Positions 40,003 to 49,123 of a DNA stretch of 64,000 nucleotides are shown one piece after another. Under the pieces are notes generated by a model, which was not told the origin of the DNA, searched no databases, and saw nothing but the letters and a program-made list of their open reading frames with translations. This DNA comes from Pseudomonadota bacterium. GTDB taxonomy: Bacteria > Desulfobacterota > Anaeroferrophillalia > Anaeroferrophillales > Tharpellaceae. The DNA is taken from assembly GCA_011049115.1 (NCBI GenBank), contig DSCM01000102.1:174-64173 (forward strand), in the 5' to 3' direction. Position 1 is the stretch's first letter. Each line of letters starts with the position of its first letter. A program made the translations under genes and the position numbers.

Positions 40003-41192
40003 CTCGCGAATCTTTCGATATCGTCCCTGGCAGTGCTTGCGGTATCCTCTGGCTCAGGTTGCGAAGCGGCGTCAAAGGCATCCCAGCTGGTATCCGAACT
40101 GGAACTGACCCCTTTGATCTTAAGCAGAAAATCGTCCGGATTGCTGCTTTGTCTAAGCGCTTCTTCATATGAAATCAAACCTTTACGGTAAAGACCCAGA
40201 ATCGATTGGTCAAAAGATTGCATGCCGTAAATCAAATGTCCCTTGACAATCGCGTCCTTGATTTTAATCGTCTTGGCCGGGTCGGCGATACATTCTCGCA
40301 CCAGCGGCGTGTTAATCATGACCTCAACCGCCGGAACCCGTCCTTTACAATCACAGCGTTCAATCAACCGCTGCGAGATAACTCCGCGCAAAACACTGGC
40401 CAGCTGCAAACGCACCTGCGGCTGCTGATGCGGCGGAAAAACCGAAATGATGCGGTTGATAGTCTCCGTCGCATCCACGGTATGCAGGGTACTCAGAACC
40501 AGATGACCCGTTTCGGCGGCGGTCAGGGCGATCTCAACGGTTTCCAGATCACGCATTTCTCCGACCTGAAGGACATTAGGATCCTGCCGCAGAGCCGCCC
40601 TTAACGCCAGCGCGAAAGATGTGGTGTCGAAACCAACCTCGCGCTGATTGATAAGGCTTAATTTGTCGCGGTGCAGATATTCTATCGGATCCTCGATGGT
40701 AATGATATTTTCACTGCGGTTTTTATTGATATAATCGATCATGGCCGCCAGGGTCGTGCTTTTCCCGCTCCCGGTGGTACCGGTTACCAGGATCAGACCT
40801 CGACGTTGTTCCTCAACCAGTTTCTCGACGATCGGCGGCATGTTGAGGGTAGTCAGATCCAGAATATCAAAGGATATGGTGCGCATGGCGATAACCAGCG
40901 ATCCGCGTTGCTGATAGATATTGACGCGAAACCGCCCCAGGCCGCTCACCCCATAACCAAGATCAACCTCATGAAAATTCCGCAGATATTCTCTCTGGGT
41001 CGGGCCCATCATGATTTCCGCCATAGCTCTTAGATTCTCTGGCCCCAGCCGCTGAAAATCCTTGAAAGGATAAAGTCTGCCGTCGACCCGGACAATCGGC
41101 GGAGCCCCAGCCTTCAGATGGATGTCGGAGGCCTTATATTTAAGGGCTGTCTTAAGAATGCTGTGAAAAAATTCCATGGCTGCCGTCCACAA
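39999..41192 (-). CDS. pilT: Type IV pilus retraction ATPase PilT-family protein (with C-terminal extension)
   Basis: ASDIHL, Walker A GTTGSGKSTT, and the ATPase His/Asp boxes. 397 aa. Confidence 0.8.
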   Translation of the reverse strand: MWTAAMEFFHSILKTALKYKASDIHLKAGAPPIVRVDGRLYPFKDFQRLGPENLRAMAEIMMGPTQREYLRNFHEVDLGYGVSGLGRFRVNIYQQRGSLVIAMRTISFDILDLTTLNMPPIVEKLVEEQRRGLILVTGTTGSGKSTTLAAMIDYINKNRSENIITIEDPIEYLHRDKLSLINQREVGFDTTSFALALRAALRQDPNVLQVGEMRDLETVEIALTAAETGHLVLSTLHTVDATETINRIISVFPPHQQPQVRLQLASVLRGVISQRLIERCDCKGRVPAVEVMINTPLVRECIADPAKTIKIKDAIVKGHLIYGMQSFDQSILGLYRKGLISYEEALRQSSNPDDFLLKIKGVSSSSDTSWDAFDAASQPEPEDTASTARDDIERFAR

Positions 41193-41198
41193 ACAAGA

Positions 41199-42233
41199 CT
41201 ATTCAGAATCTTCAGGAGTCCGGGGAGGTGTTGCAACCGCTGCCGGAATAGCATAAAATTCGCGAACTTTTCGCTCGATTGCCGACATCAGCTCAGGATT
41301 TTCCCGTAGCTGATTACTGACAAAGTCACGCCCCTGGCCAAGCCGTTCACCATCATATGAATACCAGGAGCCGCTTTTTTCAATAATCCCGCAGTCAGCG
41401 GCCAGATTCAGAACATCGCCGGACTTAGAAATTCCTTCACCAAACAAAATATCAAATGTAGCCTCTTTAAAAGGTGGGGCCACCTTATTTTTCACGACCT
41501 TGACCCGAGTCGTATTGCCATAGACGTCATCGCCTTTTTTCAGGCTGCCGGTCTTTCTGATATCAAGGCGGACGCTTGCATAAAATTTAAGGGCGTTACC
41601 TCCTGTCGTCGTTTCAGGATTACCGAACATAACCCCGATTTTCATGCGGATTTGATTGATAAAAATGACTGTGGTCTTTGATTTGCTGATTGCGGCTACC
41701 AATTTGCGCAGAGCCTGCGACATCAACCGGGCCTGCAGACCCATATGCGAGTCGCCCATTTCCCCCTCGATCTCGGCTCTGGGCACCAGGGCGGCGACCG
41801 AATCCACCACGACAACATCAAGAGCTCCACTGCGCACCAGGATCTCGGTGATTTCCAGAGCCTGTTCGCCGGTGTCAGGTTGTGAAACCAGCAGATCATC
41901 GACATTGACTCCCAGCTTGCGGGCATAGATCACATCCAGGGCGTGTTCGGCATCGACGAAGGCGGCGACCCCGCCGGCTTTCTGAGCCTCGGCGACGATG
42001 CTCAGCGCCAGAGTGGTCTTCCCAGATGACTCGGGGCCGTAGACTTCGATAACCCGTCCCCGGGGAATACCTCCGACTCCCAACGCGATATCAAGACTCA
42101 ATGAACCGGTCGGGATAACCTCGATATTCTGAGCCCGGGACTCATCGCCCAGCCGCATGATCGAGCCTTTGCCGAATTCCTTTTCGATCTGACTGACCGC
42201 CATCTCCATCGCCCGATGCCGATTTTTATCCAT
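41199..42233 (-). CDS. recA: Recombinase RecA
   Basis: [10 protein letters not shown] Walker A and the L1/L2 loop regions. Start at MDKNRHR (42233, RBS GGAG). Confidence 0.95.
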   Translation of the reverse strand: MDKNRHRAMEMAVSQIEKEFGKGSIMRLGDESRAQNIEVIPTGSLSLDIALGVGGIPRGRVIEVYGPESSGKTTLALSIVAEAQKAGGVAAFVDAEHALDVIYARKLGVNVDDLLVSQPDTGEQALEITEILVRSGALDVVVVDSVAALVPRAEIEGEMGDSHMGLQARLMSQALRKLVAAISKSKTTVIFINQIRMKIGVMFGNPETTTGGNALKFYASVRLDIRKTGSLKKGDDVYGNTTRVKVVKNKVAPPFKEATFDILFGEGISKSGDVLNLAADCGIIEKSGSWYSYDGERLGQGRDFVSNQLRENPELMSAIERKVREFYAIPAAVATPPRTPEDSE

Positions 42234-42263
42234 GAACAACTCCTCCAGCAAATATAGAAAAAA

Positions 42264-42734
42264 TTAGATGATCAATATCTTTACCTGCAGAACCAGCCAG
42301 GCCATAACGCCGGCCGCCAGATCGTCGGCGACAACCCCGAAACCTCCGGGAAGATTGGCTTCGCACCAGTCGGCGGGAAAGGGTTTGACGATGTCAAAAA
42401 AACGAAAGAGTAAAAATGCGGCCACGGCGTTACCTAATCCCAGCGGCACTCCGGTCAGCGCCAGGGCCAGACCGGCGATTTCATCAATGACGATTACCGG
42501 ACTGTCGGTGGTCTTCAGAGGCTTAGCGGCCGCCCCGGCAAGATAGACGGCAACTCCGGAAAAAAGCAGCACCAACAGCAGGTATGCAGCCTGATCCAGC
42601 CGGGAAAAAATCAACCATAACGGCAAGGCGCCCAGAGACCCCCAGGTCCCCGGAGCTCGCGGCAAGGCGCCCAAACCACCGCCGGACACCGCCAAAAGCA
42701 ACCAGTCTTCACGACCAGGAAGTCTACCGGACAT
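42264..42734 (-). CDS. pgpA: Phosphatidylglycerophosphatase A
   Basis: PgpA-family hydrophobic 156-aa protein with LLFRFFDIVKPFPADW. Confidence 0.7.
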   Translation of the reverse strand: MSGRLPGREDWLLLAVSGGGLGALPRAPGTWGSLGALPLWLIFSRLDQAAYLLLVLLFSGVAVYLAGAAAKPLKTTDSPVIVIDEIAGLALALTGVPLGLGNAVAAFLLFRFFDIVKPFPADWCEANLPGGFGVVADDLAAGVMAWLVLQVKILII

Positions 42735-42854
42735 TTATTTTCCCCCGACCTGGTTTTCTCCGCCAGCCGGCGGAGAGGCTACAGACTTCTAGTGAAAGAA
42801 GTTTCCTTTGTCAATTATCGAAAAAACAAACTAAGTCAGACTTGTCTACCTGAC

Positions 42855-43242
42855 CTATTTTGTTCGCTCAAGCCAGCGATCGATCTTTTTAAAAGCCGCA
42901 TCGGTTTCGGAAAGCAGGGTGCGAATAGAAACCGGCTTGATAAAATAATCATCAAAACCGGCTTCACGGCACTCATGCAGGTGAAACATCAAGGCATAAC
43001 CGGTAATCGCGAAGATAATCGAGATAGACTGTAATTTACGAACCCTGCGGCAAAGCTCAATGCCATTCATCCCGGGCATATTGAGATCAAAAAAGAGCAG
43101 ATAAAAATTCTCATTTTCAATGATCTTTAAGGCCTCCTCCCCACTTGCCGCGGATTCTGTTTTGTAATGTGCCGAAGCCAGAGCCCGGCAGAAAAAGTTC
43201 CCGAACCTCTTTTTCATCATCGACTACCAGAATTTTTTTCAT
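42855..43242 (-). pseudogene. CheY-like single-domain response regulator with a frameshift
   Basis: ATG at 43242 (RBS GGAGAAATGG) reads MKKILVVDDEKEVRELF, then drops into the wrong frame at the A5/T5 run 43192-43196. The listed ORF 42855..43220 is the other frame and carries the rest of the receiver domain (ALKII...LLFFDLNMPGMNG...KP). One extra base in the homopolymer. Confidence 0.5.
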
Positions 43243-43473
43243 CTTCCATTTCTCCCCGGGACCATCCTTCTGGAGAACGGCCCAGAACCAAAGCCCTTAA
43301 AACAGATTTACAGTATCCACTGATACCATAAAACCGGTAAACGGCAAAATAAAATAATCCTTGCGCAAACCAGGTCTATCTCAACCAAGTCAAATCCAAC
43401 TTCAGGTTGGCGGCGATAGATTGCATCTGCAGAAACAAACTTTCGGCGCTGGCTTGACGTTTTACGACAAGGC

Positions 43474-46122
43474 TCAGAGCGATGGTTTCTTCAGAGATAA
43501 GCTCCGGGAAAACCGGTAAACCAGAAAAACAAGACTGAACAACAAGCCAAGGGACACAATCCAGGCCAGATCGAAAAAGCTCAGAGGAGTGATCCTGAAA
43601 TAGAACGCTAGCGACGACGTATACATGAGGACACCCTGCAGTAAGAGCGAAAAGATGATGGAATTCCAGACCCACAGGTTGGAAAAAAAGGGAACTTCAT
43701 ATTCTTTGCGAATCAGGAAAACCAGAATCATCTCATAAAGAACCACAAAATTGAAGACCACGGTTCGCGCCTTGCTGAGCTGGTCCTCCGAACTGGCAAC
43801 CCCGCCAAAGTGGTAAAAGAGAAACAACCCCAGCAAGGTGCCGGTCACCCCCATAAAAGCAATCAATCCCAACTTGGCTCCGGTCAGCAAAGGCTCATCC
43901 TTTTTCTTGGGTGGTCGCCGCATAATATTGCGCCCGTAACCGTCGACACTGAAGGCCAGCGCCGGAGCCCCATCGGTAACCATGTTGATCCAGAGCAGCA
44001 TAACTGCGGTCAGAGGTAGGTTCCAGCCCAGCAGCACCGCCAAAAAAATAATCAGAACCTCGCCCAGATTACCGGAAAGCAGGAGCATGATTGATTTCTG
44101 AATATTGTCATAGATGCCCCTGCCCTCTTCGATGGCATTGACGATATGAGTGAAGCTGTCATCCAGCAGAACAAAATCGGCGGCTTCCTTGGCAACATCA
44201 GTACCACTGCCGACGGCGATGCCGATATCGGCCTTTTTCAGGGCCGGAGCATCGTTGACCCCGTCCCCGGTCATGGCCACAATATGGCCAAGTTCCTGTA
44301 AAAGGGTGACAATCCTTTGTTTGTGTTCGGGTACCATCCGGGCAAAGATGTTAGTGTCTCCGGCCAGACGTTCGCGCAGTTCGGCATCGCTCATCCCGGC
44401 GAGCTCGGCTCCGGTCAGAATACCGCCCTCAATACCGACCTCCTTGCCGACAGCCCGGGCGGTCTCGCGGTAATCTCCGGTGATCATAATGACCCTGATG
44501 CCGGCCGCATAGGTTTTGACGATTGCCGCTCTGACATCGGCACGTGGGGGGTCTAGCATGGCTTGCAAACCAATAAAAATCAACCCTTCCTCCCGAGCCG
44601 GCAGACTGGTTTCGGCCTGCAACAAAGGACTAACGGCAAAGCCCAGAACCCGCATGGCTTGTCCGGCGTAAAAATCGTTACGACCGGCGATCAGACGCCG
44701 CAGGTTCTCATCCAGGGGCAGAACTTCACCGTCTAGCAGAACCTGCGCGCAAACCTTCAGAATCGAATCCGGCGCTCCTTTCGCGTAAAGCCTGAAAGCG
44801 CCGTTCTCGATCACCGTCACGCTCATCATTTTACGCTGCCCGTCAAACGGAATTTCATCAACCCGAGCCGCACTGATTCGGCAATGGGCCTGCTCGGCAC
44901 TGATCAGCAGGGCGATTTCCGTGGGGTCACCCCGTTTTTCCCGGCCTGACGCCCCCGCTTTGATTTCAGCGTCATTACAAAGAGCTCCACCCGTAAAAAG
45001 CAGTTTCTCAACCTCTTCCAAGGCGCCGGAAAGCGATTCCCCATCCAAAGCTATTTCCCGATTCAGGGTCCAGGCCCTGACCACGGTCATTTGATTACAA
45101 GTCAGAGTTCCGGTTTTATCACTGCAGATAATATCGCAACTGCCTAAGGTTTCAACCGCAGCCAGCCGCCGGACCAAGGCCTTGCGGCGCAGCAGGCGTT
45201 TAACCCCGATGCTCAGAGCGATGGTCACCACCGCCGGCAGGGCCGTGGGTACCGCCGCCACCGCCAGGCTGATGGCGATAAAGGAAAAGGCGATCAGCGA
45301 CTCACGACTGACATTATGAAACTGCAGATATTCCTTGCCGCAGGAAAGGACCATGACCATCAGACAAATGAAAATGATCACCAGGCCTAAACGATGGCCA
45401 AAGCGATCAAGGCGGCGTTGCAGTGGGGTTACTTCCTCGACCGCACTCTCAACCAGGCCGGCAATCGCGCCGATCTCGGTTTCCATGCCGGTGGCGACCA
45501 CCAGCCCAAGCCCCCGACCGCTGACGACCGCGGTTGAGGCAAAGAGCATGTTTTTACGGTCGCCGAGCTCCAGAACCTGAGTATGAACCTCGGTCGTCTT
45601 AGTTACCGGCAGACTTTCCCCGGTCAGAACGGCTTCATCGACAAGCAGGCGATTCGCCTCCAGGACCCTGGCATCGGCGGGAATCCGATCGCCGCCCACC
45701 AGACTGACCAGATCGCCCGGGACCAGATCGCGTGATTTGAGTTTGCGCCAGTTGCCGTCCCGCAGCACCGTGGCCTCGACTTCGGTCATCTCTTTTAATG
45801 CCGCCAGCGAACGCGCCGCCCCGAATTCCTGAAAAAACCCGATAAACGCATTGACCAGAACTATCGCAACAATAATCAGGGAATCGACATACTCACCGAT
45901 AGCCAGAGCGAAAGCCACGGCAAAGAGAAGAATATAGATAATGAAGCTTTTAAACTGCTCCAGAAAAATCCGCAGCGGATGAGGCGGCGGCATTTCTCTG
46001 AGTCGATTGAAGCCGTATTTTTCGAGCCGGGCGGTGGCCTCGGTTTCTGAGAGGCCTTGCCCGTCACAAACTAATTCAGCAAAAAGCTCAGTCGCGGTCT
46101 TCTGATAAGGGGCTACCTTCAT
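43474..46122 (-). CDS. Cation-transporting P-type ATPase (P2/P3-type, Ca2+/Mg2+-like)
   Basis: DKTGTLT phosphorylation motif, TGDGVNDAPALKKADIGIA hinge, and ten transmembrane segments. 882 aa. Confidence 0.85.
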   Translation of the reverse strand: MKVAPYQKTATELFAELVCDGQGLSETEATARLEKYGFNRLREMPPPHPLRIFLEQFKSFIIYILLFAVAFALAIGEYVDSLIIVAIVLVNAFIGFFQEFGAARSLAALKEMTEVEATVLRDGNWRKLKSRDLVPGDLVSLVGGDRIPADARVLEANRLLVDEAVLTGESLPVTKTTEVHTQVLELGDRKNMLFASTAVVSGRGLGLVVATGMETEIGAIAGLVESAVEEVTPLQRRLDRFGHRLGLVIIFICLMVMVLSCGKEYLQFHNVSRESLIAFSFIAISLAVAAVPTALPAVVTIALSIGVKRLLRRKALVRRLAAVETLGSCDIICSDKTGTLTCNQMTVVRAWTLNREIALDGESLSGALEEVEKLLFTGGALCNDAEIKAGASGREKRGDPTEIALLISAEQAHCRISAARVDEIPFDGQRKMMSVTVIENGAFRLYAKGAPDSILKVCAQVLLDGEVLPLDENLRRLIAGRNDFYAGQAMRVLGFAVSPLLQAETSLPAREEGLIFIGLQAMLDPPRADVRAAIVKTYAAGIRVIMITGDYRETARAVGKEVGIEGGILTGAELAGMSDAELRERLAGDTNIFARMVPEHKQRIVTLLQELGHIVAMTGDGVNDAPALKKADIGIAVGSGTDVAKEAADFVLLDDSFTHIVNAIEEGRGIYDNIQKSIMLLLSGNLGEVLIIFLAVLLGWNLPLTAVMLLWINMVTDGAPALAFSVDGYGRNIMRRPPKKKDEPLLTGAKLGLIAFMGVTGTLLGLFLFYHFGGVASSEDQLSKARTVVFNFVVLYEMILVFLIRKEYEVPFFSNLWVWNSIIFSLLLQGVLMYTSSLAFYFRITPLSFFDLAWIVSLGLLFSLVFLVYRFSRSLSLKKPSL

Positions 46123-46319
46123 GTAAACCCGCCTTTTAAACTGCCTGGTGATACATCCTTGACCCGGGCAACGGTGAAAAAACGAGGCCGCTCTCGCCCG
46201 GCGCGCTCCTTTTCCGCAGCTGTCAATCTTCTTTGTAATTCATTCAGCCAAGCGCTTAGACACTCGTATATAACCATGGAAAGCAGGATATTCTGGTTGG
46301 CTGAATAGGTACTCTTATT

Positions 46320-47423
46320 TTATGTAAAGCGGCGCATGAACTGGCGATCAATGTAATCTTTGAGCCTGAAAGCGCTTTTGCCGGAACAGGTCAATCCCCA
46401 TTTGTACAGCAAGCCACTACCGTCGCCGAGATTGAAGATCTGCAGATAGTCGCCCCCGGGGGAAAAAGGGCGCAGTGGGCGGTTCTCCAGGGCAGCCCGC
46501 AGATTATAAAAAAGTACTGGATTTTGCCGCACGGCGTAGACCCCGACCTTATCAAGCGGCTGTTCCGTAAAAGCGATGCAGTCGCCCCCACCGAAAATTT
46601 CGGGACAAGACCAGGACTGAAGAAAACGGTTTACCGCAAGGCCTCCACCCCCTTGCACCAGCAGGCCGGTTTCCACCGCCGGAACCAGGGGCCGGACCCC
46701 GGTGGCAATCAGAACGGCATCGAAATTAATCCGTAAACCTGAGACAAGTTCAAGCTGATCGCCATAAACCGCGTTGACATGACCTTCTTCGAGCACTTCA
46801 ATAGCGCGTCCTTTCAGCGACGCTGTAACCCGCCGTCTGACGCCGACGGGAAAACGAGCCAGCAGTTTTCTGCCGGCGCAAAGCTTAAAACAGAGACGAT
46901 TACAACCCGCCTTATCCCCCAAACGCCGGAGATTTCCCACGATCTCGACCGCGGCCGGGCCGCCGCCGACCACGGCGACCGTCAGCTTGCGCTTTCGCAG
47001 GCGATCACGAATAAAGGTCCGGGCCGCGAGCAGACTTGCAATCGGCTTGACCATGAAGATATTGGCGGCTTTTTCCCTGATCATGCCATGCGGGACGTAG
47101 CTGCCGGTATTCAACGACAGGATATCGTAGCCCAGCGTTTCTCCGGATTCAAGCTCCAGTTCCCGTTTTTCGGCCGCGATGCGCACGACCCGCTCCTGAA
47201 TAAAACAACCGCCATTTTTCTCAACCTGGGCTTGGGTCGGGGAACGGATCTCCTCGGGCTCATAGAAACCGCCGAGCAGCCCCGGTCCCATACCGGAATA
47301 GTAATGTCAGGGCGAAGGCTGAATCACCGTTACCCGATGTCCGCGCCGGACAAACTCATGCAGACCGGCCAGGGTCTTAAGGTGAGCATACCCGCCGCCG
47401 ACCAGGACCAGATTTTTCGGCAT
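46320..47423 (-). CDS. FAD/NAD(P)-binding pyridine nucleotide-disulfide oxidoreductase (NDH-2/SQR-like) with an in-frame UGA (candidate Sec) at 47307-47309
   Basis: ATG at 47423 gives MPKNLVLVGGGYAHL...HRVTVIQPSP-[TGA]-HYYSGMGPGLLGG, which continues in frame into ORF 46320..47291 (second Rossmann motif VAVVGGGPAAVE). The FAD-binding fold spans the UGA, so the gene is either Sec-containing or broken. A UUCCGG-UAUGGGA-CCGGGG hairpin starts 8 nt after the UGA. Confidence 0.5.
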
Positions 47424-47441
47424 GGTCACTCCTTGGGCTGA

Positions 47442-49043
47442 TCAGGTCAGCGCCGCCGCCAGCAGGGTTTGCGTGTATGGATGAACCGGATGGTTAAACA
47501 CCTGCGCGGCCGCTCCGCTTTCAACGATTTTTCCCTCGTGCAGCACCATGATGCGATGGCACAGAGCCCTGATTACTTTAAGATCATGCGAGATAAAAAG
47601 ATAGGCCAGATTATGTTTTTCCTGCAGGGCCCGCAGCAGATCGACCACCTGGGCCTGAACCGACCGGTCCAGCGAGGACGTCGGTTCATCCAGAACCAGC
47701 AACCGGGGCTCGAGAACCAGGGCTCGGGCGATGGCGATCCGCTGCCGCTGGCCACCGGAAAACTCATGCGGATAACGGCGTAGACAGCTTTCGTCGAGAC
47801 CGACCTCGGCCAGCGTGGCGATCACCTTCCGCAAGCGTTGCCGGGAATCACCCAGACCATGCAGAGCCAGGCCTTCGCCGACGATTCGGTCAATCGTCAG
47901 GCGTGGGCTCAGGCTGGAAAAAGGATCCTGAAAAACAACCTGAAGATCACGTCTCAAGGCGCGCAGCGCCGCACCTTTCAATCCGGTGATATCACGGCCG
48001 GCGAAACAAATCTCACCTTTTGCCGCCAGCAGACGCAACAGGGCGAAGCCCAGGGTCGATTTTCCCGAGCCGCTCTCACCCACCAGGCCGAGACTTTCCC
48101 CGGCGCGAATGGCCAGCGAAACCCCGTCCACGGCTTTGACATGATCCCGAACCCTGCGCCAGAAACCTCGACGCAGGGGAAACCAGACCTTGAGATCACG
48201 GGCTTCGAGAAGGTAGTCGTTTCCCGTTTTCAAAGCCGGGGGCCGGCCGGAGGGTTCGGCGCATAACAGTTTTTGGGTGTAAACATGTTGCGGGCGGGCA
48301 AAAATCTCTCGACAGGTACCGGTTTCGACAATACGGCCACCGGTCATGACCGCGACCCGGTCGGCATAACGCCGGACCACTCCCAGATCGTGAGTAATCA
48401 ACAGCATCGCCATGCCCAGACGTTTATTCAGATCGCGCAACAGGTCGAGTACCTGGGCCTGCACAGTCACGTCCAGAGCCGTCGTCGGCTCGTCGGCAAT
48501 CAACAGGTCCGGCTGATTGGCTAAGGCCATGGCGATCATGACCCGCTGCCGCTGACCGCCGGAAAGCTGATGCGGATAGGCGTCAAGACGGCGAGCGGCG
48601 TCTTCGATACCCACCATTTCCAATAGTTCACGAACCTTTTGCCGCAGTTCCCGGCGGCCCTCGCCCCCCCCGTGCAGTCTCAGGCTTTCCCCGATCTGGC
48701 GGACAATCGGGTGCAGCGGATTAAGCGAGGTCATGGGTTCCTGAAAAATCATGCCGATTCGATTACCGCGCAGATTCCGCATGCGGCTTTCCGGCAGGGT
48801 AAAAATCTCCTGGCCCTTGAAAAAGATGTGCCCCTCACCGGGATGCCAGGCTTCCGGATAAGGCAGCAGGCGCAAAATCGAATGGGCGGTCACCGATTTG
48901 CCGGAACCGCTTTCGCCCACCAGGGCCACGATTTCATGTGGAGCAATCGCCATGGACAGTCGATCCACCGCCAAAAGCGGTTCCGGCCCGCGTCCGAAAG
49001 CCACGGAAAGATTCTTGATTTCAAGTAAAGGCTGAGTCATCAA
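47442..49043 (-). CDS. yejF: ABC transporter ATP-binding protein with duplicated ATPase domains (YejF-like)
   Basis: Two Walker A motifs (GESGSGKS twice), two LSGGQ signatures, 533 aa. Confidence 0.8.
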   Translation of the reverse strand: MMTQPLLEIKNLSVAFGRGPEPLLAVDRLSMAIAPHEIVALVGESGSGKSVTAHSILRLLPYPEAWHPGEGHIFFKGQEIFTLPESRMRNLRGNRIGMIFQEPMTSLNPLHPIVRQIGESLRLHGGGEGRRELRQKVRELLEMVGIEDAARRLDAYPHQLSGGQRQRVMIAMALANQPDLLIADEPTTALDVTVQAQVLDLLRDLNKRLGMAMLLITHDLGVVRRYADRVAVMTGGRIVETGTCREIFARPQHVYTQKLLCAEPSGRPPALKTGNDYLLEARDLKVWFPLRRGFWRRVRDHVKAVDGVSLAIRAGESLGLVGESGSGKSTLGFALLRLLAAKGEICFAGRDITGLKGAALRALRRDLQVVFQDPFSSLSPRLTIDRIVGEGLALHGLGDSRQRLRKVIATLAEVGLDESCLRRYPHEFSGGQRQRIAIARALVLEPRLLVLDEPTSSLDRSVQAQVVDLLRALQEKHNLAYLFISHDLKVIRALCHRIMVLHEGKIVESGAAAQVFNHPVHPYTQTLLAAALT

Positions 49044-49123
49044 ACTTAATTCTCACGTCTGTCTATCCAGGGTTACAAATTAGCTTCCGTGACGGGCGGC
49101 ATACGCCCTGACCCGTTTTCGTT

